Below are positions 30,696 to 41,110 of a DNA stretch of 53,331 nt, piece after piece (position 1 is the stretch's first letter; the number at the start of each line of letters is the position of its first letter). The translations under genes were made by a program, and so were the position numbers. This DNA is from an uncultured Chthoniobacteraceae bacterium (GTDB lineage: Bacteria; Verrucomicrobiota; Verrucomicrobiia; Chthoniobacterales; Chthoniobacteraceae): positions 1,275 to 54,605 of the forward strand of contig CAZYVL010000002.1 in assembly GCA_964651005.1 (NCBI GenBank), read 5' to 3'. The notes under the pieces are model-generated. The model made no database searches. It worked only from the letters and a program-made list of their open reading frames with translations, and was not told the DNA's origin.

Positions 30696-31106
30696 GTGAA
30701 ACTGCACCGGACGGCCACGCACCATAATCCGCAGAATCTTTTCCTGATTCCGCTGGTGAACGTCCTCGCGCTGGTGCTGGCGTTCGCCACGTTGAGCGGG
30801 AACTTCGTGGCGCAGCCGGGCATCTCCGTCTCGCTGCCGTTTACGCCGTTCGCCCTGGGGCCGCAGCGCAATGCGCAGATCGTCCAGATCACCGCCGGGG
30901 CGGTTCCGGTGATCTACTTCCACGAGCGGAAAGTCACCGCGCGGGAACTCGACGCGCTCCTCGCGCGCTCGGAGGGGCGGGACCGTTCGCTGGTGATCCG
31001 GGCCGACGGCGCGGTGCCGCACGCGACCGTCACCGAGGTCATGAACATCGGCCTGCAACGCGGGTTCTCCGTCGCCATTGCGGGTGCTTCGGTGCCTTCG
31101 CGATGA
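30696..31106 (+). CDS. exbD: ExbD/TolR family biopolymer transport protein
   Basis: GTG start. It has a single TM (LFLIPLVNVLALVLAF), then ...LVIRADGAVPHATVTEVMNI. 136 aa. Confidence 0.8.
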   Translation: MKLHRTATHHNPQNLFLIPLVNVLALVLAFATLSGNFVAQPGISVSLPFTPFALGPQRNAQIVQITAGAVPVIYFHERKVTARELDALLARSEGRDRSLVIRADGAVPHATVTEVMNIGLQRGFSVAIAGASVPSR

Positions 31107-31969
31107 TGCCGCCCGGTTCCCCCCCATCCCCCCCGCTTGCTCCGGGACGGCGGTTGCTGGTCTTTCATTGGCCCGAGCGGAGCGTTTCGTTCGTCCTGCC
31201 GCTGCTCTTCGTGCTGGCGGTGGCGGTGCACGCGGGGGCGTTTTACGTGTTCCAGGCGGTTTACCCCCCCGTGGCCTCGGCGATGCCGCCCGCCGCCGGG
31301 GTAACGCTGATTACCGCCTCCTCCCCGGCCAACCGGGCGCTGCTCGACTGGATCGACTCGCAGAACCCGGTCCGCGCGCCGCGCCTCCAGGAGACGACGC
31401 CAAACGGTCTGGGCCTGGGCCTGGGCCTGGGCGAGATCGCCTACGTCCCTTCGTACGCCTCGGCGCGCACGCTCCCCGTCGCCGCGGAACCCGATGCCCC
31501 GGCCAGATCGGAACCGGCTTACCCGCCCGCCTACGATCCGCTCGCGCTCCTTTCGCCAGTGTCGGCCCCGCGCGAGACGCCCCGCGCGGCGGTGCGTTCT
31601 TCGCTCCGGTTTTCCGGGCCGCTGCGGCAGCGGGCTCCAGGCGGGAACGGCAAGGACGAACCGCTCGCTTTCTCCACGCGGGCGACAGGGAGCCTGCTGC
31701 CGAGCGTTTTTCTGGTTGGCATCGGCAGGCAGGGGGAGGTCGGCTACGTTTTTCTTCAGTCGGGCTCCGGCAACCGGGCGTTGGACGAGGAGGCCGAGCG
31801 GCTCCTCGCGCGGCGCGTTTTCACACGGGAGGAGGGGGCGGCCGGAGTGGAGTGGGGGTTTGCCACGTTTGCCTGGGGGGCGGATGTTTTCGCTGCGTCG
31901 GTGCCCGCTTCGGAGCCCACTTCGGCGTCCATGACCGCCTCGCCTTCTCAACCTTCCGCCACGCGATGA
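31103..31969 (+). CDS. TonB-like energy transducer
   Basis: ATGA overlap with exbD. It has an N-terminal TM (VSFVLPLLFVLAVAVHAGAF), a Pro/Ala-rich middle and a C-terminal GEVGYVFLQSGSGNRALDEEAERLLARRVF (TonB_C-like). Confidence 0.6.
   Translation: MMPPGSPPSPPLAPGRRLLVFHWPERSVSFVLPLLFVLAVAVHAGAFYVFQAVYPPVASAMPPAAGVTLITASSPANRALLDWIDSQNPVRAPRLQETTPNGLGLGLGLGEIAYVPSYASARTLPVAAEPDAPARSEPAYPPAYDPLALLSPVSAPRETPRAAVRSSLRFSGPLRQRAPGGNGKDEPLAFSTRATGSLLPSVFLVGIGRQGEVGYVFLQSGSGNRALDEEAERLLARRVFTREEGAAGVEWGFATFAWGADVFAASVPASEPTSASMTASPSQPSATR
31409..31432 (+). repeat. In-frame hexanucleotide repeat (CTGGGC)x4 encoding a Gly-Leu repeat (GLGLGLGLG) in the TonB-like linker
   Basis: Read directly: ggtctgggcctgggcctgggcctgggc. 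Confidence 0.9.
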
Positions 31970-32205
31970 TCCGGATCAGCCTCACCTACCTCATCTTTCT
32001 CTACCTCTTCCTGTTCCTGAGCGTGGTGTTCGCGCTTTGGGTCGGCGCGGGGTGGCGGCGGCAGCGGCGCGAACGGCTGGCGCTGCGCGATCGCCTCCGC
32101 TGCAAGCTCTGCGCGTTCGAGTTCGAGGAGCCGACCGGGGAGGCGCTCCCCCGCTGCCCGCGCTGCGGCAGCCTCAACGAGCGGGAACGCTTCCGCACTT
32201 TGTGA
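31966..32205 (+). CDS. Small membrane protein with a C-terminal CxxC...CxxC zinc ribbon
   Basis: ATGA overlap with the TonB-like stop. [30 protein letters not shown] (TM), then [11 protein letters not shown]...[11 protein letters not shown]. 79 aa, found as the in-frame tail of track ORF 31078-32205. Confidence 0.55.
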   Translation: MIRISLTYLIFLYLFLFLSVVFALWVGAGWRRQRRERLALRDRLRCKLCAFEFEEPTGEALPRCPRCGSLNERERFRTL

Positions 32206-32254
32206 CGTACTTTGTGAGCTTGCAAGGGAGGGGCGATCTCCCGCATCATCGGAC

Positions 32255-33850
32255 ATGACATCCGTACGCGATTTTGCCGACGGCACCGACCGTGCCGACG
32301 GCGCGTTCTACAAGGCGGCCTCCGAATTTTTCGCCGACAACGCCAGCGTCGCCCTCACCTACGACGACGTTTCCCTGGCGACGCTCTACTCCGAGATCCT
32401 GCCGCGCGAGGCGAATCTCGAAACCTCCCTGGCGGAATCGCTGTGCCTGCGCATCCCGGTCATCTCCGCCGACATGGACACCGTTACGGAGTCGGGGATG
32501 GCGATTGCGATGGCGCTCGGCGGCGGCCTGGGGTTGATCCATTACAACATGCCCGAGCGGCAGCAGCTCTCCGAGGTGAGCCGCGTGAAGAACCACGTAC
32601 ACGGGTTGATCCAGGAGCCGATCAAGGTGGCGCCGGGGCAACTGATCGGCGAGGTGCTTGAGCGCGTTGAGGAGAAGCGGTTCTCCTTCAGCACATTTCC
32701 GGTTGTGGACGAGCACGACCGCCTGCTCGGGCTGCTGCCGGGGCATGTGCTCAAGCGGCGCTACGCCAGCAAAAAGGTGAGCGAGGCGATGACGCCGCGC
32801 GCCGCCCTCCACACCTTGCGCCAGGACGAACTGGGGGGCGACCCGATCGCCCGCGCGGACCGCTTTTTCACCGAACACCTCGGCATTCACAAGCTGCTGG
32901 TCGTGGACCGGGAGGACCGGCTGCGCGGCCTTTTCACCTTGAGCGACGTGGAGCGGATCACCCAGGAGCACCACGAGCAGCTCAAACCGGCGCGCGACGG
33001 GAATTTCCGGCTCATCTGCGGGGCGGCGGTTTCCGCGACCCGGAGTTCCACGGGCGAGCTGGACAAGGAGCGCATCCGCGCGCATGTCGGCGCGCTGGTG
33101 GAGCGCGGCGTGGACGTGGTGGCCGTCTCGACGGCGCACGGGCACAGCAAGGGGGTGGGGGAGACGGTAAAGCTCATCCGCGAGGCGTTCCCCGAGCTGC
33201 CGATCATCGCCGGGAATGTCACCAGCGGCGCGGGGGTCGAATTTCTGGCGGAGTGCGGCGCCAACGCGATCAAGGTCGGGCAGGGGCCGGGGTCGATCTG
33301 CACCACGCGGGTGGTTGCGGGCGTCGGCATCCCGCAGTTGACGGCGCTCTATGTCGCCGGGCGCGCGGCGGCGAAAAAGGGGGTGCGCATCATCGCCGAC
33401 GGCGGCGTGACGAAATCGGGCGACATCGTGAAGGCATTGACGCTCTCCGACGCCGTGATCTGCGGCGGCCTCCTGGCCGGATGCCCGGAAGCGCCGGGGC
33501 AGATCATGGAGATCAACGGCAAACTTTATAAACAGTACCGCGGTATGGGGAGCCTCGCGGCGATGCAGGCCGGGTCTGCCGCACGCTACGGCCACACCAG
33601 GCGCGACGCCACGCGGAAGGTGGCGGCGGAGGGGGTCGAGGCGCTCAAGGAGGTTTCCGCATCGCTCGACACCGTGCTCACGCAACTGGTGGGCGGCATC
33701 CAGTCGGGGATGGGGTATCTCGGTGCGGCCACGCTCGCGCAGCTCAAGGAGAAGGCGCGCTATATCCGCGTCACCCCGGCGGGACAGCGCGAATCTGGCA
33801 CGCACGACGTGATCGAGGTGAAGACCGGAGGGGCGAGTACGGGGGCGTAG
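32255..33850 (+). CDS. guaB: IMP dehydrogenase
   Basis: LTYDDV...[13 protein letters not shown]..., a CBS pair, ...[11 protein letters not shown] (catalytic Cys loop) ...IADGG...GSLAAM. Confidence 0.97.
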   Translation: MTSVRDFADGTDRADGAFYKAASEFFADNASVALTYDDVSLATLYSEILPREANLETSLAESLCLRIPVISADMDTVTESGMAIAMALGGGLGLIHYNMPERQQLSEVSRVKNHVHGLIQEPIKVAPGQLIGEVLERVEEKRFSFSTFPVVDEHDRLLGLLPGHVLKRRYASKKVSEAMTPRAALHTLRQDELGGDPIARADRFFTEHLGIHKLLVVDREDRLRGLFTLSDVERITQEHHEQLKPARDGNFRLICGAAVSATRSSTGELDKERIRAHVGALVERGVDVVAVSTAHGHSKGVGETVKLIREAFPELPIIAGNVTSGAGVEFLAECGANAIKVGQGPGSICTTRVVAGVGIPQLTALYVAGRAAAKKGVRIIADGGVTKSGDIVKALTLSDAVICGGLLAGCPEAPGQIMEINGKLYKQYRGMGSLAAMQAGSAARYGHTRRDATRKVAAEGVEALKEVSASLDTVLTQLVGGIQSGMGYLGAATLAQLKEKARYIRVTPAGQRESGTHDVIEVKTGGASTGA

Positions 33851-33910
33851 GGGAGGCGGTGGGGGAAATGAGGGAGATCGAGGCGGGCGAAAGCGGGGAG
33901 CCAAGGTGGC

Positions 33911-33991
33911 TCAGCCTTCACTCCTGCATGCGTACCAGACACTGCTGAACAGAAACAAGACAGCGATGGCGAACGTGGAAAGTGTGAGCAT
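33911..33991 (-). CDS. Candidate 26-aa hydrophobic micro-protein
   Basis: My own translation: MLTLSTFAIAVLFLFSSVWYACRSEG*. It sits in a locally AT-richer patch of a convergent spacer. There is no good SD spacing (AGGA is only 1 nt before the ATG). It is too short to appear in the ORF track. Confidence 0.2.
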   Translation of the reverse strand: MLTLSTFAIAVLFLFSSVWYACRSEG

Positions 33992-34046
33992 GTCCTGATT
34001 TCAGGGGAGCAGCCGCCATGCCACCCTGAGTAAGCGGCTCGGCTTG

Positions 34047-34088
34047 CCTTGGGCCTTGGGCCGTGGGCCGTGGGCCGTGGGCCGTGGG
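34047..34088. repeat. Heptamer tandem repeat (CCTTGGG)x2 (CCGTGGG)x4
   Basis: Read directly. There are six GGG tracts with 4-nt spacers on the plus strand. It lies 27 nt beyond the stop of the minus-strand gene 34116-34922 and 196 nt after the guaB stop. Confidence 0.95.
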
Positions 34089-34115
34089 CCCGCATCCGCG
34101 CCGCCGCCCGCGTCG

Positions 34116-34922
34116 TTACGCCGACGGGGAGGAGGCTTCGGTGCCGTGCTCCGCCTGCTCTGCCTTGATGGCGTCGCGCAGTTCGGCGGCGCGTTCGTAC
34201 GCTTCCGCTGCGATGGCGCGGTCCATCTCCTGCTGGAGCTTTTCGAGCCGGGAGAGCGGGCGCTGGGCGCGCAGCTCTTCAAGCCATTGCTCCAGAAACT
34301 GGATCTCCGCGCTGTTCTGGACCGCCTCGGGGCGCTCCTGGAGTGTTTCGAGAATCTTGTCGCGGCCCCGCTCGATCTGCCGCAGGGCGGCCCCGTAGTC
34401 GTTGCGCTCCAGCTCGATGGACGCCTTGGCGCGGGTGTTCATCATCAGGAGGTAGGGGCGGAACTGCTCGACCTGCCAAGAAAGCTCCTCGCGCTCGGCG
34501 TACCGGGCGATGAAGTTGAGCAGCTCCAGGTTCCGGTGAGTATCGCGGACGACCCCGGAGTAGTCCTCAAGCTGGAAGAGCGAGATGTAGCGGTGATAAT
34601 ACTGGATACCCTCATGCTGAAGCTCGGCGCATTCGTCGGAGCTGAGGGTGAAGGCGTTCCCCTTCCCCTGCGCCTCGGCGGCGCGCTCCTGGTGCCACTC
34701 CAGCAGCGATTCGCACCCATGCGGGCGCTGGCCGTCGGGCCTGCCGCTGAGCTCCATCTGGATAAGGCCGAGGTCGATCCGGAGCTGGAGCTTTTCCTTT
34801 CCGTCGTTGCCCGCCACCCGGCGAACGCGGATCTGCCCCGGCTCGTGCGGCCAGCCGTCGAGGAGGTTGTTCAGGTCCAGATTCATCTCCTGAATTATCG
34901 GGGGCGCAAAGTCGCTTTGCAA
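34116..34922 (-). CDS. Conserved hypothetical protein with a C-terminal UVR (UvrB/UvrC-type) motif
   Basis: The C-terminus IAAEAYERAAELRDAI is the UVR motif. The N-terminal region is LLDGWPHEPGQIRVRRV. The TTG start at 34922 lies 9 nt after the AKR stop. An alternative ATG is at 34886. Confidence 0.65.
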   Translation of the reverse strand: MQSDFAPPIIQEMNLDLNNLLDGWPHEPGQIRVRRVAGNDGKEKLQLRIDLGLIQMELSGRPDGQRPHGCESLLEWHQERAAEAQGKGNAFTLSSDECAELQHEGIQYYHRYISLFQLEDYSGVVRDTHRNLELLNFIARYAEREELSWQVEQFRPYLLMMNTRAKASIELERNDYGAALRQIERGRDKILETLQERPEAVQNSAEIQFLEQWLEELRAQRPLSRLEKLQQEMDRAIAAEAYERAAELRDAIKAEQAEHGTEASSPSA

Positions 34923-34931
34923 GCGCCCTGT

Positions 34932-35969
34932 TCACACGGAGGCGGCCTCGGTCTGCTCCATCGTCCCCTTGAAACGGGAGGGCGGTTCCTCCACGCCGAA
35001 GTTCATCGCGCCGAGCGTGGCGATCCGCTCCCGCTCGTCGGCTTCCAGCGGCGGGCAGTCGGGCGCGGCGGCGAATTCCACGAGCTGTTTTTCGTCATAG
35101 ATATTTGGCAGCGTGGAGGCGACACGCGAGTCCGCCAAGACCCACTGGAGCGCGGCCTGGCCTAGCGTCCGCCCGTCGCGTTCCAGAAAGCGGAGCGTCT
35201 CGACCTTCCGGCAGCCGTGGAGAAGCCAGCTCCGGGGGCGGTGGCGGCGGTGGTCGTTGGGCGGGAAAACGGTTTCCGGCGTGTAGTGCCCCTCCAGCAG
35301 CCCGCTGGAGTGCGGCACGCGGATCAGCCCCATCGTCCTCTTGCCCGCGTCGGCGGCGACTTGCTGGAGCGTGCGGCCGGGGTGCGGTTCCAGAATGTTG
35401 TAGATATGCTGGAGACTCGTGAACTCCCGCTCGCGCAAAGCGCGCACCCCTTCCCAAAGCCAGCCGATGGCCGGGCCGAGCGCCACCCCGGCGTACCGGA
35501 TTTTTCCGGCCGCGCGGAGCGCATCGAGCGTCTCCCAGAGCGCGTCGTCCTCCACCTGTTCCATCCGGATGTTGTGGAGCTGCATCAGGTCCACGCGGTC
35601 GGTTTTCAGCCGCCGGAGCGCGGCATCGGTCGCGCGGGTCAGCGCGGCGGGGGAAAAATCGTGTGGGATTTCGCTCTGGCCGCGCCGTCTGGATTCGCCG
35701 AAACGGACGAAATCGTAGCCGATCTTCGTGGCGATCACCACGTCGTCGCGGCGGTCGGGAAACGCCTTGGCCAGAAGTTCCTCGCTCCGCCCGTTGCCGT
35801 AGGTGTCGGCGGCGTCGAAGAGGGTGATGCCGAGGTCGAACGCCTTGTGCAGAAGCGCGATCGCCTCGGCGTCCGTGTACGCGCCCCACCAGCCTGTCGC
35901 CACGGTCCAAAGGCCAAAGCCGACTTCGCTCACCGTGAGGTTTGTATTTAAATAAGTGCGATACTTCAT
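34932..35969 (-). CDS. Aldo/keto reductase
   Basis: From the ATG at 35969: [21 protein letters not shown]...[16 protein letters not shown]...VDLMQLHN... Confidence 0.9.
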   Translation of the reverse strand: MKYRTYLNTNLTVSEVGFGLWTVATGWWGAYTDAEAIALLHKAFDLGITLFDAADTYGNGRSEELLAKAFPDRRDDVVIATKIGYDFVRFGESRRRGQSEIPHDFSPAALTRATDAALRRLKTDRVDLMQLHNIRMEQVEDDALWETLDALRAAGKIRYAGVALGPAIGWLWEGVRALREREFTSLQHIYNILEPHPGRTLQQVAADAGKRTMGLIRVPHSSGLLEGHYTPETVFPPNDHRRHRPRSWLLHGCRKVETLRFLERDGRTLGQAALQWVLADSRVASTLPNIYDEKQLVEFAAAPDCPPLEADERERIATLGAMNFGVEEPPSRFKGTMEQTEAASV

Positions 35970-36225
35970 GAATACATCCAATAACGCCCAACCTGGCGGG
36001 CGGGGCAAGCCGTGAAGCGCCCGCCCGAGGGCGGGTCCGCGCGCGCCGCGCCGCCGCACCGTTGAATTTCTCAAAAGTTCCCTTGCGGGCGGGAGGCGGC
36101 TGGGGTAGACATCTCCTTCCCGAATTTGATTTGGGCTGCCCGGGTCTTCCGGGCGGCGAAGAGACTTCCCGCGCTGCCTCTGGCAGGCAAAGCCGCTTAA
36201 AGCGCGCAAAACGCGCAGAAATATC

Positions 36226-36253
36226 TTGCGCGTGGAGAGGATTCGTCTACAGT
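36226..36253 (+). promoter_or_regulatory. Possible promoter of the str operon
   Basis: TTGCGC (36226-36231), a 16-nt spacer, then TACAGT (36248-36253), about 90 nt upstream of rpsL. The palindrome GCGCGCAAAACGCGC precedes it. This is a weak pattern match only. Confidence 0.25.
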
Positions 36254-36341
36254 TCGCGCTCCCCGCAACCAGTGTGGACGTGGTAAGCCCACTGAGAGGC
36301 GGGTTTTTAGTCCCCGTAAACCAGGGAAATTTTTAATAGAA

Positions 36342-36761
36342 ATGCCAACGATCAACCAGCTTGTCCGGAAGGGACGCAAACAGGTGACGGTGAAATCCAA
36401 ATCACCGGCTCTCGTGAATTGCCCGCAGCGCCGTGGTGTCTGCGTGCAGGTGATGACCCGCACGCCCAAGAAGCCGAACTCGGCCCTGCGCAAGGTAGCC
36501 AAGGTACGGTTGACGAACGGGCAGGAAGTCATCGCCTACATCCCCGGCGAGGGGCATAACCTCCAGGAGCACTCGATTGTCCTGGTTCGCGGTGGTCGTG
36601 TGAAAGATCTCCCCGGTGTCCGCTACCATATCGTACGCGGCACGCTCGACGCGCTTGGGGTGGATGGCCGTCGCCGCTCCCGCTCCAAATACGGGGCCAA
36701 ACGCCCGAAACCGGGCCAGGAAGCCGCCGCCGCGAAGGGTAAGGGCGGGAAGCGGAAATAA
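36342..36761 (+). CDS. rpsL: 30S ribosomal protein S12
   Basis: [13 protein letters not shown]...[10 protein letters not shown]...[14 protein letters not shown]. It has a basic C-terminal tail. Confidence 0.97.
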   Translation: MPTINQLVRKGRKQVTVKSKSPALVNCPQRRGVCVQVMTRTPKKPNSALRKVAKVRLTNGQEVIAYIPGEGHNLQEHSIVLVRGGRVKDLPGVRYHIVRGTLDALGVDGRRRSRSKYGAKRPKPGQEAAAAKGKGGKRK

Positions 36762-36812
36762 AGGAAACCACGCCAGGGCGTAGCAACATCCAATTTTCAG
36801 AAAGCGATCACC

Positions 36813-37286
36813 ATGTCTCGTAGACGCAGAGTCATCAAAAAGGTTGAGAAGTTCGACAGCCGCTACGGCAGCCCCGTTGTGGCCCGGCTCATCAGCACCA
36901 TCATGCAGAGCGGCAAGAAGTCGATCGCCGAACGGATCGTCTACACCGCCATCGAAAAGACCCGCGAAGGGTCGGATGCGGTCGATCCGCTCGAAACGCT
37001 CAACAAGGCAATCGACAACGTGAAGCCGCGTCTTGAGGTCAAGTCCCGCCGCGTCGGTGGCGCGACCTATCAGGTGCCGATGGAGGTGCCCCCGGCCCGC
37101 CAGCTCGCTCTGGCGATGCGCTGGATCGTCGGTTTCGCAGGCAAGCGCAAGAGCATCTCCATGGTGGACGCCCTCGCTGGTGAACTCAAGGAAGCCGCCG
37201 CCGGGCAGGGGAACGCGATCAAAAAGCGCGACGACACCCACAAGATGGCCCAGGCCAACCGCGCGTTTGCCCATTTCCGCTTCTAA
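36813..37286 (+). CDS. rpsG: 30S ribosomal protein S7
   Basis: [10 protein letters not shown]...[11 protein letters not shown]...[11 protein letters not shown]...[13 protein letters not shown]. Confidence 0.97.
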   Translation: MSRRRRVIKKVEKFDSRYGSPVVARLISTIMQSGKKSIAERIVYTAIEKTREGSDAVDPLETLNKAIDNVKPRLEVKSRRVGGATYQVPMEVPPARQLALAMRWIVGFAGKRKSISMVDALAGELKEAAAGQGNAIKKRDDTHKMAQANRAFAHFRF

Positions 37287-37303
37287 CCTGCTTTTTTCTT
37301 ACC

Positions 37304-39454
37304 GTGGCTGATTCCGTTTCCAATCCGAACTCTCCGAACCGCGCCTATCCGCTGGAGCGCACCCGTAACATCGGGATTGCCGCGCACATCGACGCCGGTA
37401 AGACGACCACCACCGAGCGCATTCTCTTCTACACCGGCATGATCCACAAGATCGGCGAGGTGCACGAAGGGACTGCCACGACGGACTGGATGGAGCAGGA
37501 GCGCGAGCGCGGGATCACGATTACTTCCGCCGCCACGACCTGTTTCTGGAGCCAGCGCAAGGAAGAGGGCGTTTTCAAGCTTTACGAGGGGGTCAAGCAG
37601 CGCGTCAACATCATCGACACCCCGGGTCACGTCGATTTTACCGCCGAGGTGGAGCGTTCGCTCCGCGTGCTCGACGGCGCGGTTGCCGTGTTCTGTGGCG
37701 TCGCGGGCGTGCAGCCGCAGTCGGAGACGGTCTGGCGACAGGCGACCAAGTACAACGTACCGCGCATCGCGTTCGTCAACAAGATGGACCGCACCGGCGC
37801 GAACTTCGAGAACGCCGTCAACGACATGCGGACGAAGCTCGGTGCGAATGCCTGGCCGGTTCTGATGCCGCTTGGCCGGGAGGACCATCTTCACGGGCAG
37901 ATCGACATCATCAACAAGAAGGCGTTCGTCTACACCGACAGCGACGTTCTTGGCTCCACCTACACGATCGAGGAGATTCCTGCCGAGCTCAAAGAAAGCG
38001 TGGACGAGGCGTATGAAGGTCTTGTGAGCGCCGTGGCGGATCTCGACGATGAACTCGGGATGCTCTTCCTGGAAGAGAAGCCGATCACCGTTTCCGACCT
38101 CAAGGCGGCGATCCGCCGCCAGACCATCGCGAACCGCTTTGTGCCGGTCGTCGGGGGTTCCGCTTTCAAAAACAAAGGCGTTCAGGCGCTCGTGGACGCG
38201 GTGGTGGATTACCTCCCGAGCCCGCTCGATATTCCGCCCGCCCGTGGCCAGAACCCGGACGACGGCGAGCCGATGGACGCGCCCTCCGATGACAACGGGA
38301 ACTTCTGCTCGCTTGCCTTCAAGCTCTGGAGCGATCCGTTCGTTGGAAAACTCGTTTTCTTCCGCGTTTACTCCGGCAAGCTCGCCAAGGGCGACACGGT
38401 TTACAACCCGCGCACCAACAAGCGCGAGCGCATCAGTCGCCTCATCCAGATTCAGGCCGACAAGCGCGAGGATATTGACGTCTGCTACTCCGGCGACATC
38501 GCCGCCATCGTCGGCATCAAGAACATCACCACCGGCGACACGCTTTGCGACGAGGATCACCCGATCCTTCTCGAACCGCCTTCGTTCCCTGATCCGGTCA
38601 TTTCGATGGCCATTGAGCCGAAGACCAAGGTTGACCAGGAGAAGATGGGCAACGCGCTCCAGCGCCTGGCCGAAGAAGACCCGACTTTCCGCGTCACCTC
38701 CAACGAGGAAACTGGCCAGACATTGATTGCGGGGATGGGCGAGTTGCACCTCGAGATCATCCGCGACCGACTCCTGCGCGAGTTCAAGGTCGATGCCAAT
38801 TCCGGCAAACCGCAGATCGCCTACCGCGAAACGATCACCGCCACCGCCACCGGCGAGGGCAAGCTCGTCAAGCAGTCGGGCGGGCGCGGCCAGTACGGGC
38901 ACGTCATCGTCAATGTCGCCCCGAACGAGCGCGGCAAGGGGATCACCATCGAGAACAAGACGGTCGGTGGGTCGATTCCGAAAGACTTCATCCCTGCCGT
39001 CAAGAAGGGTCTTGAGGAAGCGGTTCTCAACGGCGTTGTCGGCGGCTATCCGGTCATCGACGTGAACATCGACATTGTGGACGGTTCGTTCCACGAGGTC
39101 GATTCGAACGAAATGGCATTCAAAATGGCGGCGATCTTCGCGGCCAAGGACGGCTTCAAGAAAGCGAAGTCGATTCTGCTGGAGCCGATCATGAAGGTGG
39201 AGAACGTCACCCCGGAAGAGTACCAGGGCGATATTCTCGGCGATCTCAACCGCCGTCGCGGGCGCATCCAGAGCATGGAATCGAAGGGAAACCTCTCCGC
39301 CGTCCACGCCGAAGTGCCGCTGGCCGAGATGTTCGGCTACTCGACCGCTATTCGCTCTCTCTCCAAGGGGCGTTCCTCGTACTCCATGGAGCCTTCCCAC
39401 TTCGAACAGGTGCCCGCCAGCGTGCTGGCAGCGGTACTCGACCAAAAGGGTTGA
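37304..39454 (+). CDS. fusA: Elongation factor G
   Basis: GTG start. [21 protein letters not shown]...[12 protein letters not shown]...NKMDR. 716 aa. Confidence 0.97.
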   Translation: MADSVSNPNSPNRAYPLERTRNIGIAAHIDAGKTTTTERILFYTGMIHKIGEVHEGTATTDWMEQERERGITITSAATTCFWSQRKEEGVFKLYEGVKQRVNIIDTPGHVDFTAEVERSLRVLDGAVAVFCGVAGVQPQSETVWRQATKYNVPRIAFVNKMDRTGANFENAVNDMRTKLGANAWPVLMPLGREDHLHGQIDIINKKAFVYTDSDVLGSTYTIEEIPAELKESVDEAYEGLVSAVADLDDELGMLFLEEKPITVSDLKAAIRRQTIANRFVPVVGGSAFKNKGVQALVDAVVDYLPSPLDIPPARGQNPDDGEPMDAPSDDNGNFCSLAFKLWSDPFVGKLVFFRVYSGKLAKGDTVYNPRTNKRERISRLIQIQADKREDIDVCYSGDIAAIVGIKNITTGDTLCDEDHPILLEPPSFPDPVISMAIEPKTKVDQEKMGNALQRLAEEDPTFRVTSNEETGQTLIAGMGELHLEIIRDRLLREFKVDANSGKPQIAYRETITATATGEGKLVKQSGGRGQYGHVIVNVAPNERGKGITIENKTVGGSIPKDFIPAVKKGLEEAVLNGVVGGYPVIDVNIDIVDGSFHEVDSNEMAFKMAAIFAAKDGFKKAKSILLEPIMKVENVTPEEYQGDILGDLNRRRGRIQSMESKGNLSAVHAEVPLAEMFGYSTAIRSLSKGRSSYSMEPSHFEQVPASVLAAVLDQKG

Positions 39455-39500
39455 TGACAAGACCCGGTAATTCGACCCAAGCATCCAGAAGCCCATTTTT

Positions 39501-39812
39501 ATGACCAACGGCCAACGCATTCGCATCCGGCTCAAAGCCTTCGACTACCGGACGCTCGACCAGTCCTCGCTGGACATCGTGGAGACCGCCAAGCGCACCG
39601 GCGCCAAGGTGGCAGGGCCGATCCCGCTCCCGACCCGAATCGAGAAATTTACGGTAAACCGCTCTCCGCACGTCGATAAAAAGTCGATGGACCAGTTCGA
39701 AATCCGCACGCACAAACGCCTGCTGGACATCATCGAACCGACCGCGAAGACGGTGGACGAACTCAAGAAGCTGAACCTCCCGGCTGGTGTGGATATCACC
39801 ATCAAGATCTGA
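39501..39812 (+). CDS. rpsJ: 30S ribosomal protein S10
   Basis: [16 protein letters not shown]...GPIPLPT...[20 protein letters not shown]. Confidence 0.97.
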   Translation: MTNGQRIRIRLKAFDYRTLDQSSLDIVETAKRTGAKVAGPIPLPTRIEKFTVNRSPHVDKKSMDQFEIRTHKRLLDIIEPTAKTVDELKKLNLPAGVDITIKI

Positions 39813-39838
39813 CCGGTGTTCACGACCCAACTGACGCA

Positions 39839-40489
39839 ATGAGATACGGACTTTTAGGAAAAAAAATCGGGATGACCCGGATTTACGACGAGAAGGGGCG
39901 CTCAACCCCCGTCACCGTCGTCGCCGTGGGGGGCAACACGCTTCTCCAGGTCAAGACGCTTGAAAAGGATGGCTACTCCGCCATTCAAGTCGGCTTCGAC
40001 ACCCAGAAAGAATCCCGCGTGACCAAGCCGGAACTGGGCCACTTCAAGAAGGCCAACTCCGAGACCAAGAAGCGTGTGGGCGAGTTTCGCCTCGCGGATG
40101 GCGACAAGGTGGAGGGCGAACTGAACCTCACCGCGTCTCACTTTCAGGTCGGCCAGATCGTTGACGTCATTGGGCGTTCCAAAGGGCGCGGTTTCCAGGG
40201 CATCGTTCGCAAGCACGGTGCCGCCGGGCAGCCTGCCTCGCACGGGTCGATGATGCATCGCCGTCCGGGCGCCATCGGCAACCGTTCCACACCGGGCCGG
40301 ATCTGGAAAAACCAGTCGATGCCCGGTCACATGGGCGACGACCGGATTACCGTCCAGAATCTTTCCATCGTTCAGGTTCGCGAGGCCGAGCAGCTCCTGC
40401 TCATCAAGGGCGCGATCCCCGGGGCAAACGGCGGCTACGTCGTCGTCCGCCCCGCCAAAAAGAAGCCCCTTCCCGTGGAGGCCAAGTAA
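39839..40489 (+). CDS. rplC: 50S ribosomal protein L3
   Basis: [16 protein letters not shown]...VTVV...[13 protein letters not shown]. Confidence 0.97.
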   Translation: MRYGLLGKKIGMTRIYDEKGRSTPVTVVAVGGNTLLQVKTLEKDGYSAIQVGFDTQKESRVTKPELGHFKKANSETKKRVGEFRLADGDKVEGELNLTASHFQVGQIVDVIGRSKGRGFQGIVRKHGAAGQPASHGSMMHRRPGAIGNRSTPGRIWKNQSMPGHMGDDRITVQNLSIVQVREAEQLLLIKGAIPGANGGYVVVRPAKKKPLPVEAK

Positions 40490-40501
40490 AAGGTTCCAGA
40501 C

Positions 40502-41110
40502 ATGAGTGCTACCGTTCTTACCATTGATGCGGCCAAGCAGGCGAATCTCGCCTTGATTGAAAACGGCCGTGGCACGCAGGCAGTCCACGACGTGGTTGTC
40601 GCTTTGCGCGCCAACCGCCGTAGCGGCACCGCCAACACCAAAACAAAGGCCGAGGTCAATCTCTCTGGTGCCAAGCCGTGGCGCCAGAAGGGGACGGGCC
40701 GCGCCCGCGCGGGCTACAAAAGCTCTCCGGTTTGGGTGGGGGGCGGCGTGGTCTTCGGGCCGAAGCCGCGCGACTACTCCAAGAAAGTAACCAAGTCGGT
40801 TCGCCGCCTCGCGTTGCGCAAAGCGTTGAGCGCTCGCATCCTCGCGGGAGACGTGCTGACGGTCGAGAATTTTGCGATCGCCACGCCGAAGACGAAGGAA
40901 TTTGTCGCTTGGGTAAAGGAGAATATCGGCGTGGAAAAGGCGCTCATCGTCGCCACCGCGTTTGACGAAAACACCTTCCGGGCCGCCCGCAACGTCCAGC
41001 CGACGCGTCTCATCTCGGCCTCCGAGGTGAACACCGAGCATCTCCTCGCCTTCAAGAAGATCGTCATCACCCGGGACGCCCTGGCGAAGTTGGCAGAAAG
41101 GATCCAGTAA
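40502..41110 (+). CDS. rplD: 50S ribosomal protein L4
   Basis: ...[17 protein letters not shown]...[18 protein letters not shown]... Confidence 0.96.
   Translation: MSATVLTIDAAKQANLALIENGRGTQAVHDVVVALRANRRSGTANTKTKAEVNLSGAKPWRQKGTGRARAGYKSSPVWVGGGVVFGPKPRDYSKKVTKSVRRLALRKALSARILAGDVLTVENFAIATPKTKEFVAWVKENIGVEKALIVATAFDENTFRAARNVQPTRLISASEVNTEHLLAFKKIVITRDALAKLAERIQ

Noticed and set aside
27080-33904. Other long antisense ORFs: 27080-28474 minus, 28922-29986 plus, 30914-31951 minus, 32246-33904 minus
   Set aside because: Each lies opposite a confidently identified gene (pyk, dus, exbD/tonB-like, guaB) and lacks motifs.
37283-39535. 750-aa minus-strand ORF
   Set aside because: It is exactly antisense to fusA and has no motifs.
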